The position numbers and the translations under genes were made by a program. A DNA stretch of 64,000 bases. It comes from Centroscyllium fabricii. Lineage: Eukaryota. Below the pieces are notes generated by a model that had not been told where the DNA came from, made no database searches, and was given only the letters and a program-made list of their open reading frames with translations. Numbering within the stretch: position 1 is the first letter of the stretch; each line of letters starts with the position of its first letter. The stretch is from assembly GCA_051313645.2 (NCBI GenBank), contig JBNRSN020000005.1, positions 27,280,001-27,344,000 on the forward strand. The letters are read 5' to 3'. Shown here piece after piece: positions 12,837 to 25,435 of the stretch.

Positions 12837-13845
12837 TTCTGATTTCCATCAATTCCTCCCTTTCATTAGACCCCATGTTCCCCAACATCTCTGGGAGGTT
12901 GTTTGTGTCCTCCTTTGTGAAGACAGAACCAAAGTATGTATTTAATTGGTCTGCCATTTCTTTGTTCTCCATTATAAATTCCCCTGATTCTGACTGCAAG
13001 GGACCTACGCCTGACTTCACCAATCTTTTTCTCTTCACATATCTATAAAAGCTTTTACAGTCAGTTTTTATGTTTCCTGCAAGCTTACTCTCATAATCTA
13101 TTTCCCCCTCTTAATTAATCCCTTTGTCCTCCTTTGTTGAATCCTAAACTGCTCCCAATCCTCAGGTTTACTGCTTTTTCTGGCCAATTTATATGTCCTC
13201 TCCTTGGATCTTATGCGATCTCTAATTTCCCTTGTTAGCCACGTTTGAGTCACCTTTTTTGTTTTATTTTTATGCCAAACTGGGATGAACAAATTCTATA
13301 GTTCATCAATGCGATCTTTGAATGTTTGCCATTGCCTATCCACCGTCAACCCTTTGAGTGACATTCCCCAAACGATCCTACCAACTCGCACCTCATACTA
13401 TCGTAGTTTCCTTTATTTAAATTCAGGACCCTAGTCTCTGAGTCAACTCCTTCACTCTCCATTTTAATGAAGAATTCTATCATATTATGATCGCTCCGCC
13501 CCAAGGGGCCTCGCACAAGATTGCTAGTTATTCCTTTCTCATTACATAATACCCAGTCTAAGATGGCCTGATCGCTAGTTGGTTCCTCGACATATTGTTG
13601 TATTGTACTAGTACTCTGCAATGACAATAAAACTTGAATTGAATTGAATATTGGTCCAGGAAACCATCCTGTATAAACTCCAGGAATTCCTCCTCCACAG
13701 TATTGTTACTAATTTGGTTAGCCCAATCTATATGGGGAGTCAGGAGGTCAGACACGCGCTGCAGAATACCTAGCCTCTGATCTGCTCTTGCTTTTTTTGG
13801 GCCCTGCGGCCCATTCAAAATTCTGCACATGCGCGGATTTTACAC

Positions 13846-14605
13846 AGAAATATAGAAGATAGGAGCAGGAGTAGGCCATTCGATGAGATCATGGCTGATC
13901 ATCCAAATTCAGTACCCTGTCCCTGCCTTCTCCCCATATCCCTTGATCCCTTTAGCCTTAAGGAATATATTCAACTCCTTCTTGAATATATTTAATGAAT
14001 TGGCCTCTACTGCCTTCTGTGGCAGAGAATTCCACAGGTTCACCACTCTCTGGTTGAAGATATTCTTCCTCATCTCTGTTCTAAATGGCTTACCCCTTAT
14101 CCTTAGACTATGACCCCTGGTTCTGGACTCCCCCGCCATCGGGAACATCCTTCCTGCATCTAGTCTGGCCAGGCCTGACAGAATTTTATAAATTTCAATG
14201 AGAGCCCCTCTCAATATTCTAAACTCCAGCGAGTATAAGCCCAATCGACCCAATCTCTCCTCATACATCATTCCTGCCATCCCAGGTATCAGCCTGGTGA
14301 ATCTTCGCTGCACTCCTTCCATGGCAAGAACATCCTTCCTCAGATAAGGCGACCAAAACTGCACACAGTACTCGAGATAGTGATCTCACCAAGGCCCTGT
14401 AGAGCTACAGCAAGACATCCTTGTTCCTGTACTCGAACCTTCTCACTACGAAGACCAACATACCATTTGCCTTCTTAACCGCCTGCTGCACCTGCATGCT
14501 TACCTTCAGTGACCGGTGCACAAGGACACCCAGGTCTTGTTGCACTTACCCTTCTCCCAATCTATTGCCGTTCAAATAATAATCTGCCTTCCTGTTTTTG
14601 CCACC
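13846..14605 (-). mobile_element. CR1 3' fragment
   Basis: ORF 13909-14364 QFWSPYLRKD...RTRGHSL. Confidence 0.9.
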
Positions 14606-15034
14606 ATTTTCCCTTTAAATGCCGGTGAGCCTGCTGTGCAGAACCTCCAGAGTGCTGTGCAGCTTCAAGGGAACATTGTGTGGGGCTAGGCACGAATGCT
14701 CTTGCCAAGAGCCAGCACAGGCATGACGGGTCGAATGGTCTCCTGTGCTGTAGGTTTCTATAACTCGATGACACATTAAGACTCACTCGCCCCTTTGGGA
14801 GGCAATCCCTTCGTGTAACACCACTCCCCCTTCTCAGAGACACTAATTTCTCCCACAGTTGACCGAGGAACTCCACCTCTGCCGATTCCTACACGTTCCC
14901 CAGCTGACAGAGACATTTCACCCACCCTGACCCCCCGCTAATTCACACAGCTACTCTCCTCCAGGTCGCACAAGCACTCTTACCCCCAAGCCCCATTCCC
15001 CAGCACTCACAGGCACCCTGCCCTGCCAATCTTC

Positions 15035-15315
15035 TGTGGTAATCATGATTACCATTGTATATAGTTGAGTACACTACAGACCAGCATGTATAGTGGCTGG
15101 GTGCATTGTATATAGTTTGTATAACAACACTGTCGCGAGGTCAGGTCAGCCACACCTCTAACTCCTCCCCTCAGGTGAGGGCCTTATAGGTGAGGTCTGA
15201 CCTGCCCCCATTCATTCTGCACTCAATGTTCGACTGAAGACTAGCTCCATTGTAAAGTGATTAAAAGCCTCTAGTTAAGGTAACTACTCGTCTTTGTCTT
15301 ATTGACGATACGTCA
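15035..15315 (+). mobile_element. Solo Gypsy LTR related to the 40132 element
   Basis: TGTGGTAA...GATACGTCA, 5-bp TSD TCTTC, shared core ggtcagccacacctctaactcctccc. Confidence 0.9.
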
Positions 15316-15975
15316 TCTTCCCATCCCCAACCCGGTTCACAGCAGCTATCTACCACTTTAGTGGCTTTCTCAGTCGCTGTCCCACCTACAGCTCTCGCCC
15401 GCCGCTGCTGCTTCGTACCGGGTGGAGACTCTATGCTGTGAGAGGGACTTCTCGCAAGGCCAGGGATTTCCATTTGGAGCTCAAAATAGAGTCGGCTCCG
15501 TGATTCAAGGAGCAACCTCAGGTAAACGTTGCATCCGGGACTGGCTGTGAGAGGGCCAAAGAATGGCGCGGTTACAAGTTCCCATCCGATTCCTTTGGGG
15601 CAGCACAATCAGCTGTGGCATCATGTGCTTGTCCATTGAGCCCCTCAGGGGATTAAAACCTGCAGAGATTTACATCCTGGCACATAAAAAAGAGACGTGC
15701 AGGCAGAGCTATAAAGTGCGCGAGAGGCATGCAGACAGATTTAAAGACATACAGAAAAGAGAAGATACGTGAAGATGGGGAAGGAAAACAAACAGGGAGA
15801 GGGAGAAAAATAGCACAAAGAAGAGCCAGAAACAAGCAGATATGGATAACAAAACAAAGTGTGATGCATATAGAGTAAGAACGAGAGAAGGAACAAAAGA
15901 AAAAGACTTGCATTTTACAACCTCAGGACATCCCAAAGTGTTTTACAGCCAATGAAGTACATTTTTTTGGAGTGT

Positions 15976-17575
15976 CGTAGAATCATAGAATGGTTACACA
16001 GCACAGGAGGAGGCCATTCGGCCCGTCGAGCCCGTGCCAATCTCTGCAAGAGCACTTCAGCTAGTCCCACTCTCCCACCCTTTCCCTGTAGCCCTGCAAT
16101 TTTTTTCCTTCAGGTACTTATCCAATTCCCTTTTGAACACCGTGATTGAGTCTGCCTCCACCACCCTTTCAGGCAGTGCATTCCAGATCCTAACCACTCG
16201 CTGAGTAAAAACGTTTTTCCTCATGTCGCCTTTGGTTCTTCCGCCAATCTTAAATCTGTGTCCTCTGGTTCTCGACCCTTCTGCCAATGGGAACAGTTTC
16301 TCTCTATCTACTCTGTCCAGACCCCTCATGATTTTGAACACCTCGATCAAATCTCCTCTCAACGTTCTCTGCTCCAGGGAGAACAATCCCAGCTTCACCA
16401 GTCTATCCACATAACTGAAGTCCTTCATCCCTGGAACCATTCTGGTAAATCTTTTCTGCACCCTCTCTACAGCCTTCACATCCTTCCTAAAGTCCAGAAT
16501 TGGACACCATACTCCAGTTGAGGCCGAACCAGTGTTTTATACAGGGTCATCATAACTTCCTTGCTTTTGTATTCTATGCCTCTATTCATGAAGCCCAGGA
16601 TCCTGAATGCTTTCTCAACCTGCCCTGCCACCTTCAACAATTTGTGCACATATACCCCCAGGTCTCTCTGCTCATGCACCCCCTTTAGGATTGTACCCTT
16701 TAGTTTATATTGCTTCTCCTAGTTCTTCCTACCAAAATGAAAGACTTTGCACTTTGCTGCCTTAAATTTCATCTGCCACGTGTCCGCCCATTTCACCAGC
16801 CTGTCTAAGTCCTCTTGAAGTCTCACTATTCTCCTCACTTCCAAGTTTTGTGCCATCTGCAAATTTTGAAGTTGTGCCCTCTACATCAAGAAAAGCAGTG
16901 GTCCTGGTACCGACCCCTGGGGAACCCCACTGTGTACCTTCCTCCAGTCTGAAAAACAACCGTTCACCACTTCTCTCTATTGCCTGTCACTTAGCCAAAT
17001 TCATATCCGTGCTGCCACTGTCCCTTTTATTTCATGGGCTTCAACTCTGCTGTCAAGCCTATTATGTGGCACCTTATCAATTGCCTTTTGGAAATCCATG
17101 TACACCACATCGACCTTACTGCCCTCATCAACTCTCTCTGTTACCTCATCAAAAAACTCCATCAATTTAGTGAAACACAATTTGCCATTAACAAATCCAT
17201 GCTGGCTTTCCTTAATTAATCCAAGTGACTGTTAATTTCATCCCGCATTATCGTTTCTAAAAGCGTCCCCACCACCGAGGTTAAACTGACTGGCCTATAG
17301 TTTCTGGGTTTATTCTTGCACCCTTTTTTAAACAAGGGTGTAATATTTGCAATTCTCCAGTCCTCAGGTACCACCCCCAATATCCAAGGAGGATTGGAAG
17401 ATTATGGCCAGTATCTCTGCAATTTCCACCTTTACTTCACTAGGCATCTTAGGATGCATCCGATCTGGTCCTGGTGACTTATCTACTTTAAGTACAGCCA
17501 GCCTTTCTAGTACCTCCTCTTTATCAATTTTTATCCCATCCAGTATCTCAACTACCTCCTCTTCCACTATGACAC
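15976..17575 (-). mobile_element. CR1 RT fragment (older subfamily)
   Basis: Several broken ORFs with KSPGPD, FADGTKL, VQFW, RTRGH. Confidence 0.88.
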
Positions 17576-18831
17576 TTGTAATGTAGGAAGACTAACTAAC
17601 ACAGTGAGGGAAACAAGCAGATGTAAATTTGCAGGAAGAAATTGAAAAAAAAAATTGACCCTGGGGAAAACTACAAAAGATCAACTCAAACACTAAAAAT
17701 GTTTACAAGTGGCTATTTAATGATTTGGACAAATCAGTGATGAGGTTTTACAGATTGAATACTCATTAAACTAACACTTTCCAAAGTACAGGGATAGCGC
17801 TGGGTCTGTTTACAGGTAAACGGCGGTGTTAGGGAGGCTCTGGGTGAATGATGCGGAGGGACAAACCACCGGAACAGACACATTTGCAATTGCTGCTGAA
17901 ACCTCGAGCTCAGCTCATCCACGATCCGTCAGTTTCTGGGAAGAAATGAGCCCGCGTGCCAACTCAGAGAAGACCACATGGCCACTATCTCGAAACCAGA
18001 CAATTAAAAACAGCCTGTCGAATTATATGAGTAGGAAAACAAGAGGGGTATTCTTCCACACTTAGGAGGAACAAATCTCCTTTAATAGCCCCAGCGCATC
18101 ATGAATCAGCCGCAGAAACACCTCAGGATATTGGCACGGCAGCGGTCATAAATATATTTGACATCTACATTTATTTTGTTCATTAGGAAATGGCTGCAAC
18201 ACCACACACACATTCACAAAACACACAAAGCAAAGGAAAACTCTGATTGACAGTGCGGGGGGGGGGGGGGGGGGGGGATATTTTGTCCCATACTGGCCGA
18301 CAGCAACAACCAAATATCAGCACCAGTCGAGAATGGGAAAACCTGCCAGCCAGCAAAGACCACCAGAGGAAAATGCAAAGTGAAAATGAAAAATCAACTT
18401 GCTAAGCACAAATAAAGAACATCAGCTCACGAATTCAGGCCCCCAGTCGAAGACTGCATCAGCACAGCAAGATCCCACCTGCAACCTGGAAAATAGCCTC
18501 TTCAGCCTTCACGCTTGGAGTTTGCAGGAAGCCAAGGTACTTCATTCAGCGGGTTACGTTGCAGGCTGGTTGCCCGCACTCGGTGTAGAGCGTTATGCAG
18601 CTCTGATGCAAACAAATGCTAATGCAGACTGGGGCTCAGCCAGCAGTAGAAATGTAACCTTCGCACTATTTCCATGGTAGACCGAGAGCAAGTGAACCAA
18701 CGTAAATGCAAACGCTATTTGCAACTGACTCGTTATCGGTATCCCTGTGTATCCAGAAATTCGGTCCATGCAAGTGTCTCTAACCCACTTGTGCGCTGCC
18801 TTCCGAGTGTACACAGCGGGTGCAAACACCA

Positions 18832-19232
18832 GGGCGGCACGGTGGCATAGTGGTTAGCACTGTTGTCTCACAGCACTGGAGACCCGGGTTCAAATCCAGC
18901 CTCGGGTACTATCTGTGTGGAGTTTGCACATTCTCCCCGTGTCTGCGTGGGTTTGCTCCGGGTGCTCCGGTTTCCTCCCACAGTCCAAAGATGTGCGGGT
19001 TAGGTTGATTGGCCATGATAAATTGACCCTTAGTGTTAGGGCGATTGAATATGTGGGGTTACTGGGATAGGGTCGGATATGTGTTGATGCAGGCTCGATA
19101 GGGATCGAAGGATATGGGGACAAGGCAGGGACAGGGTACTGGGTTTGGATGATCAGCCATGATCTCATTGATTGGCGGAGCAGGCTCGAAGGGCCGAATG
19201 GCCTGCTCCTGCTCCTATCTTCTATGTTTCTA
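18832..19232 (+). mobile_element. HE1/V-type SINE with CR1-derived tail
   Basis: tRNA-like head, V-domain tgtggagtttgcacattctccccgtgtc, CR1 3' tail. Confidence 0.88.
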
Positions 19233-20119
19233 TGATCCAAAACAGTGCGGAGTGCTCACCAGAGTTGGAGAGCTCTTTCTCTCAATGATGAGCTGAAAGG
19301 AACGGGACAGTGTCGGTTTGTGATGGGAGGCCGGGCATCGCACAAGTTTGAAAGTGCACCGGGTCTGAAAGTGCAAAGAGGAACAGAGGACGAGCATAGC
19401 TCAGCTCTGGTCAACTCTGCTCAAATGTGACTGAAGTGAACGCTGGTCCACAAAGCAGCACCGTTACTGTGCACTTAACGCTGCATGGGACGTGGTAAAC
19501 ACGGGACAGCATGCTTTGCACACAGCCACAATTACACCATGTCAAACACAACATCCCAGACCTGCACAACATGCAGAGACATGGATAAAATTCAGAGCGT
19601 CTAGAGCTGAGGTCATGCGTTACCATAACACTGGCACAAATACCCTTCAGAGATCGCACACTCACGATGGCAGTTATATATTTCAAAAAACGGAGTGAAA
19701 ATCAGGGTTTAGAACCAAAAAATGAAACATGCAGAGTCATATTCCAGTTTACACACTATTACATTAAAAGGATGAAATGAGCAATGTTACAATACTACCA
19801 GCAAATTTGCATTCTGGGCAAGGTGATTCAAAGACCATGAAGTGGTATCATCTCCACTGGGGGAACTGTGTAATTCAGTGTGACATGTTTACATAGCCAG
19901 TTACCATTATAAACCTGGATGTAATGGAAAAGTTGACAGGACGTCTGCGCAGACCCAAGATTTTTGGATATACAGGTTGGGCACCGTTAATCCGGCACCC
20001 GAAAAACTGGCAGCTTCAGTCGTCCGGCACAGATTTTCCCGACTGCCCGGCGCATGCGCAGACAATTCAAAATGGCCACCGTCGGGGCTGGGCTTCCCTT
20101 TCACCTCACATATACTCAT

Positions 20120-20243
20120 TGTATCCCGGCTTAGTGACCACCCCAATGCCGATGGTGAATCCCAGGCCCAGAAGATGAGCTGTTGTGCCAGCCGCCTTTC
20201 GCAGGACGTGGTACAGCCAAAACGTGGTGCCCGGCTCCGCCAT
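20120..20243 (-). pseudogene. CYB561D2: Captured first coding exon of a cytochrome b561 domain-containing protein (CYB561D2 by synteny)
   Basis: MAEPGTTFWLYHVLRKAAGTTAHLLGLGFTIGIGVVTKPGY versus human ..[32 protein letters not shown]; phase-1 end with donor apparently decayed to ATGAGT. Confidence 0.8.
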
Positions 20244-20386
20244 TGTTGCCGGAGGCTCCTGCCTGGCTGCGTGCTGATGTCACCACGTTCCAAAGCTGGC
20301 CTGCGGTGGCGTCACGTGAGCCGGGCTTGAGCCGCGCATTGGGCTTCAGGCCCGCTGGAGCCGTGCAGCCCGCTCCCTGATCCGCC
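20244..20386. promoter_or_regulatory. Captured GC-rich bidirectional promoter between the two ATGs
   Basis: 143 bp between divergent start codons; GTCACGTGA E-box/CLEAR-like motif near 20311 and an ATTGG. Confidence 0.7.
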
Positions 20387-20453
20387 ATGGGCAGCAGAAT
20401 TGAGTGCGTCTTTTGAGTTCCACCCGACCCTTGGGCTGAAAATCACCTTCCAG
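20387..20453 (+). pseudogene. NPRL2: Captured first exon of GATOR1 subunit NPRL2, frameshifted
   Basis: GCCATGG Kozak; MGSRIECVF/EFHPTLGLKITFQ then GT donor; recalled human [26 protein letters not shown]; small deletion shifts the frame. Confidence 0.88.
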
Positions 20454-21230
20454 GTACCGGCGAGCGCATGCGTAGACCATTCCAAATTTCGCGGCGGCCA
20501 TTTTGAATGGTCTGCGCATGCGCCGTCGAAGCTTCAATCATTCGGCTTTTTCAACAATCCGGCAAGGTGCTGGTCCCGACCCTGCCGGATTAACGGTGCT
20601 CAACCTGTATCTGGATGATACACACACTTCTATCTAAAGCTATCATGCAATGCCCAAGCGTAGAGCTGTCCAAGAAATACCTCAACTGCTAATCTTGCCT
20701 TCCTCTCACCCACACGGGCAACATAAAATGCATTGGCCACTTAATACAAATGTAGAATTCACTCCTGAATTTGAACAGATCACGAGGCAGCCACCTCCCC
20801 ACTACCTGTCGGTACATCTGAACCTTTTCACTTCTGGTGTATCTCAGTGGCTGCACAAGGAGTGACTAGATGCATTGGGATGATACTAAACACTGAAGAT
20901 ACAAGTTTGAGCAGTGTATGATATTGTGTTACACTCCACAAGGCAATTCCAAACAATTTATTTTATATCTGAATGACTGTTTTGAAGGTGAAAGATGGCT
21001 TGTCTTTCCACAGAAGTATAATAAGTTACCAGTCAAGGCAGAGACATGATTGTTTCATCAATCAGTGCAGTCTCGACCAAGGTGCATAGATAAAAGATTT
21101 TGTTGTCTGCCTAGTGCCTGATTCTCAGAAAAACATCACCATTAAGGAGAGCAAATGAGAAATCTACATAATAGAGCTTCTATCTGCTTGATATGCAATG
21201 TACTCCCTTACCTTGGAGGAAGACACTCTG

Positions 21231-21992
21231 AGGCCAAAATGTTCATGTCCCCGTGAGGCGGGGTTTTGGGCGGCTCGGACGGCAAAATAGCGGAACTGGT
21301 GAGTCCCGACACCCCCCCCCCCGCCGCGTCTCCTCGCCCCGAATCTTTCCCGCCAGCGGCTGACGGGGATGGTTGTTAATCTCATTAAGGGCCCTGAATA
21401 GGCATCTGTAATGCCATTTTAAGGGCCTTTAGCAATTTTCAACCCCTTCCCACCCAAACACCACCATCTTTAAACCCCGCTGGTGAAACCCAGCGGGAGC
21501 ACAGGGTCTTGCTAACTTTGTCCTTCAAGGTGTTGAAGGGCCTAGAGCAAAATGCTTCCCAAGCCTTCAACACCCTGGAGGTGTAAGTCACTCCCTTGGG
21601 TGAAGTCCATCTGTGGGGAAAAGCTTAGAAATCTTACCTTTCAAGCTCCAGTGACAGCCGGTGCCTAGCTGTCAAAGATTTACAGCCCGCCCGCCCATCT
21701 GTCACTCAGAGCACTTGGCCTTTCCCATTGGTTGCACTCCACTGTGATGTCACAGTGGAGTGTTTCCATGGGAACTGTAAACACAGAGTCCCCGCAGCTG
21801 TCTGACAACCTGCGAGAATGCCGTTTGAGCTCCGTAATTGCCGACTGGACTGCATCAATTACCAGGGGCACCTCGCACGCGGGGATTTAATTGAGCAACT
21901 GAAGTAAAATAGCGTTGGCTTCCCAGGCCCTTGGCCGGGCGGGACAGGAACCCGTCCCGACCAATCCCCGCACCTCCAGGAATTACCCCCCC
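21231..21992 (+). mobile_element. About 800-bp MITE, second copy
   Basis: Collinear with 48700-49472 and the reverse complement of 7664-8482. Confidence 0.72.
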
Positions 21993-23160
21993 ACCCCCAT
22001 TTGTGGCTTTCAAAAGGGAATTAGTTAAGAACCTGAAGGAAATGTTTTGCAGGGCTACAGGGAAAGGGCTGGGAAGCGGGACTGGCTGAAGTGCTCTTGC
22101 AGAGAGCCGGCACGGGCTCGACGGGCCGAATGGCCTCCTTCAGTGCTGTAAGCATTCTATGATTCTATTTACCCAAGCTCAGAGAACTTGTGCACAGACT
22201 GGGCGATTCCCAATTAGGCTTACTGTGTCAAACAAATCAACGAGTTATCATCATCATCAATTTCCTGGTGCTGGCTCAGCTCGCAGCACCCTACCCGGCA
22301 CGGCATTGTTTGCCACCATTTTCAAGAGCCAAGAGGGTAGGTTCGCAACCCTTGTAGCTGCCCCACGCATCGCTCACTAGAAGGAAATCCAACCTGTTGC
22401 TGTTTTTGCGCCACACGGAATCAAAGAACCAATGGTATCAGATCGTGGCATCAGATTGTGGTAGTTTCATTCTCACAAGGTTCCACAACAAGCACACTTT
22501 GGAATAATAAGTGAATGCGTGCGTCAAACAGAAGGGACTGTTCCAAGACCTCGGGGGTAACAAAAGTGCGAAGAAGAGGAGTTTATTGGAAAATAATGCA
22601 CTGTGCTTTATTGGAATTTTCAACATTAAGTGTAGATACTTCAGACTGTGCATTGAATTGCAACTCAGGAACTCAATCAAGAGCTTCGGCGAAGACCATT
22701 AAGTACGCGAATGAATCTCAACTTGTTAATATCTTCATCTGAAAGCAGAGATTGGATTGTACTGCAATTCACTGACAGCTAACCGGCATTATTTACAACA
22801 TTTATTGAAGAGAAATATCTCATCCTCGAATAATTTCTCTTCAGCAGAAATGCAGCTAATTGGCAACAGATGAGTTCTCCAGCTTCTACTCCCCTTTGCA
22901 GTGTCTCGTGATGTACATCCTCACAGAAAAACATCCTTCCGCAGCAAGACCTCCGAGTATAAATTATACACATCTCTCTACTGGTTTTATCCCAATTCAG
23001 AGACCCACAATACTGCGCCATATCCAGCAAACACACAATTTGTCTTCAAATCACAGCATCAGACTCAGTAATTCACAGGGCCAGTCCACCGACAACTGTC
23101 CCTGCCAGTTCAATAACATTTTAAGCCTCACGCCAGTAAGTTTACGAAAAAAAACCTTAC

Positions 23161-23297
23161 TTGACCGAAGAGGTGAAGAAGATTTAAACCAGGGGGAAGC
23201 TGGGATGCGTCGCGAACTTCCTCTTTCATATAAAATTGCAGCATGACTGTAAGTTGCCCAAGGCCTCCTGTCATTTCTTCACTCATCTCTTTGGTAT
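23161..23297 (-). CDS. SMYD3: SMYD3 coding exon (equivalent to exon 5)
   Basis: 137 bp with CAG acceptor and GTAAG donor; (N)TKEMSEEMTGGLGQLTVMLQFYMKEEVRDASQLPPGLNLLHLFGQ versus human NINKLTEDKKEGLRQLVMTFQHFMREEIQDASQLPPAFDLFEAFAK; phase 1/0. Confidence 0.93.
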
Positions 23298-23429
23298 CTG
23301 GGAAGGAATGAGCAAAACTCACCATCAACCACAATAAAAAAAAGTCTGGTGGCAGCTGTTCTGTCGAGACACATCTACCCCCCAATTCAATTTGAAGCGG
23401 GCACAAACATATATCTTTGCAACCTAGTA

Positions 23430-24075
23430 TACTTCTTGCAATCTAGTATACTGTATTTGCTGCTCACGATGCGGTCTCCTCTACATTGGGGAGACCAAAC
23501 GCAGATTGGGTGACCGCTTTGCGGAACACCTCTGTTCAGTCCGCAAGGGGGACCCCGAGCTCCCGGTCGCCTGTCACTTTAATTCTCCACTTCACTCCCA
23601 CTCTGATCTCTCGGTCCTTGGCCTGCTACATTGTTCCTCGGAAGCTCAACGTAAATTTGAGGAACAACACCTCATCTTCCGATTAGGCACTTTACAGCCC
23701 TTCGGACTCAATATCGAGTTCAACAATTTCAGATCATAGCTCTGGCCTCCATTATATTTTTACCTTTTTTTATCTACAATGTTTATTTGGCCTTTCTTTT
23801 CTCTATCGTGGCAGCCACCTCCCGTTCTGCCAGCGTTTTTCCACACTGTCTCCTGTCCACAGCATCTCGTCTCATTTGGAATACCTCTCTTAGTCTTTTC
23901 TCTTTGTGCTGTCTTCTCTTTGTTCCCTCCCACCTCCCCCTCGCCTTCCTGCTTGTGTTTCATTTCCCAGCTTTAGTTTTGATAAAGGGTCCCAACCCGA
24001 AACATCAACTCTATATTTCGCTCCACCGATGCTGCCTGGCCTGCTGAGTTTTTCCAGCATTTTCTGTTGTTATTT
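23430..24075 (+). mobile_element. Penelope-like element 3' fragment (GIY-YIG endonuclease and terminal repeat)
   Basis: VYCICCSRCGLLYIGETKRRLGDRFAEH...GLN; degenerate hammerhead at about 23980-24010. Confidence 0.88.
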
Positions 24076-24494
24076 TATATATCTATGTAGTTTTGACAAT
24101 TAAATAACGTACACGGAGCACACAAGCTCCTGCCACTCATCTCGCCGTGTGTATAAAAAAATAAAATGGACAGCTCCTTTCAGGACGGGTGATCAATCAA
24201 ACTGCGGGAAAGGCATTTGCTTTCTTTGAACCTTTGCAGCGACGATTGGTGCGATTTGCTTTTTTTTGTTTAGTCAAGGCACAGGCCAGTGGCAAAAAAA
24301 GAGCAAAGCATGCGGGGGGAGTTGTCCTTGCACCACAAAACTAATGAACGATAGATTCGCGGGTGAGCACCCATAAATCTGCCGAGCTCAGGAGGTCAGC
24401 GTGTGCTGCTTCCCTGCGTGGAAGGGTCGGAGCGGCAGCTCTGGAAACAGGGAAGATGACCAGACGGGAACAGGCCACTGGGCCCCAGCCAGCC

Positions 24495-25435
24495 CATGTA
24501 TGTTGGCCTTCATAACGAGAGGATTCGAGTGCAGGAACAAGGATGTCTCGCTGCAGTTGTACAGGGCCTTGGTGAGACCACACCGAGTACTGTGTGCAGT
24601 TTTGGTCGCCTTATCTGAGGAAGGATGTTCTTGCCATGGAGGGAGTGCAGCGAAGATTCACCAGGCTGATACCTGGGATGGCAGGAATCACGTATGAGGA
24701 GAGAGTGGATCGATTGGGCTTATACTCACTGGAATTTAGAAGAATGAGAGGGGATCTCATTGAAACTTATAAAATTCTAACAGGACTGGACAGACCAGAT
24801 GCAGGAAGGATGTTCCCAATCGGCGGCACGGTGGCATAGTGGTTAGCACTGTTGCCTCACAGCGCTAGGGGCCCGGGTTCAAATCCGGCCTCGGGTGACT
24901 ATCTGTGTGGAGTTTGCACATTCTCCCCGTGTCTGCATGGGTTTCCTCCGGGTGCTCCGGTTTCCTTCCACAGTCCAAAGATGTGCGGGGTAGGTTGATT
25001 GGCCATGATATAGTGTTAGGGGGATTAAATATGTGAGGTTACGGGGTAGGGTGGGGTGCAGGCTCGATGGGTCGAAATGGCCTCTATCTGCACTGTAGGG
25101 ATTCTATGATTCTATGAATGATTGGGGAGTCAAGAACCAGGGGTCACAGTCTAAGGATAAGGGGTAAGCCATTTAGGACAGAGATGAGGAGGAACTTCTT
25201 CACCCAGAGAGTGGTGAACCTGTGGAATTCTCTACCACAGAAGGCCATAGAGGCCAATTCATTAAATATATTGAAGAAGGAGTTGGATATATTTCTTAAG
25301 ACTAAAGCGATCAAGGGATATGGAGAGAAGGCAGGGACAGGATACTGAGTCTGGATGATCAGCCATGATCTCATTGAATGGCGGAGCAGGCTCGAGGGGC
25401 CGAATGGCCTACTGCTGCTCCTATCTTCTATGTTT
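24495..25435 (+). mobile_element. CR1 3' fragment with nested HE1/V-type SINE (24822-25116)
   Basis: ORFs 24594-24839 and 25118-25348 are contiguous CR1 sequence either side of the SINE. Confidence 0.88.

Larger units (their letters stand above)
10542..13732 (-). mobile_element. CR1 LINE, 5'-truncated ORF2 (endonuclease end plus RT)
   Basis: ORF 10632-11867 with QHGF, YLDFQKAFD, GVSQGSVLGP; interrupted by the MITE at 12171-12836 and a short tailed insert at about 13595-13650. Confidence 0.92.
19973..20607 (+). mobile_element. pogo/Tigger-like non-autonomous DNA transposon carrying CYB561D2-NPRL2 cargo
   Basis: TIR CAGGTTG(G/A)GCACCGTTAATCCGGCA, TA TSD both sides; subterminal regions shared with 27289-28211. 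Confidence 0.88.

Noticed and set aside
12430-20453. ACTR2, NPRL2 and CYB561D2 as functional genes here
   Set aside because: Only first exons are present, all between transposon TIRs; NPRL2 is frameshifted and the CYB561D2 donor is decayed.
1-23160. Further SMYD3 exons (exon 6 onward)
   Set aside because: No matching peptide found; this intron is very large in mammals, so absence is expected.
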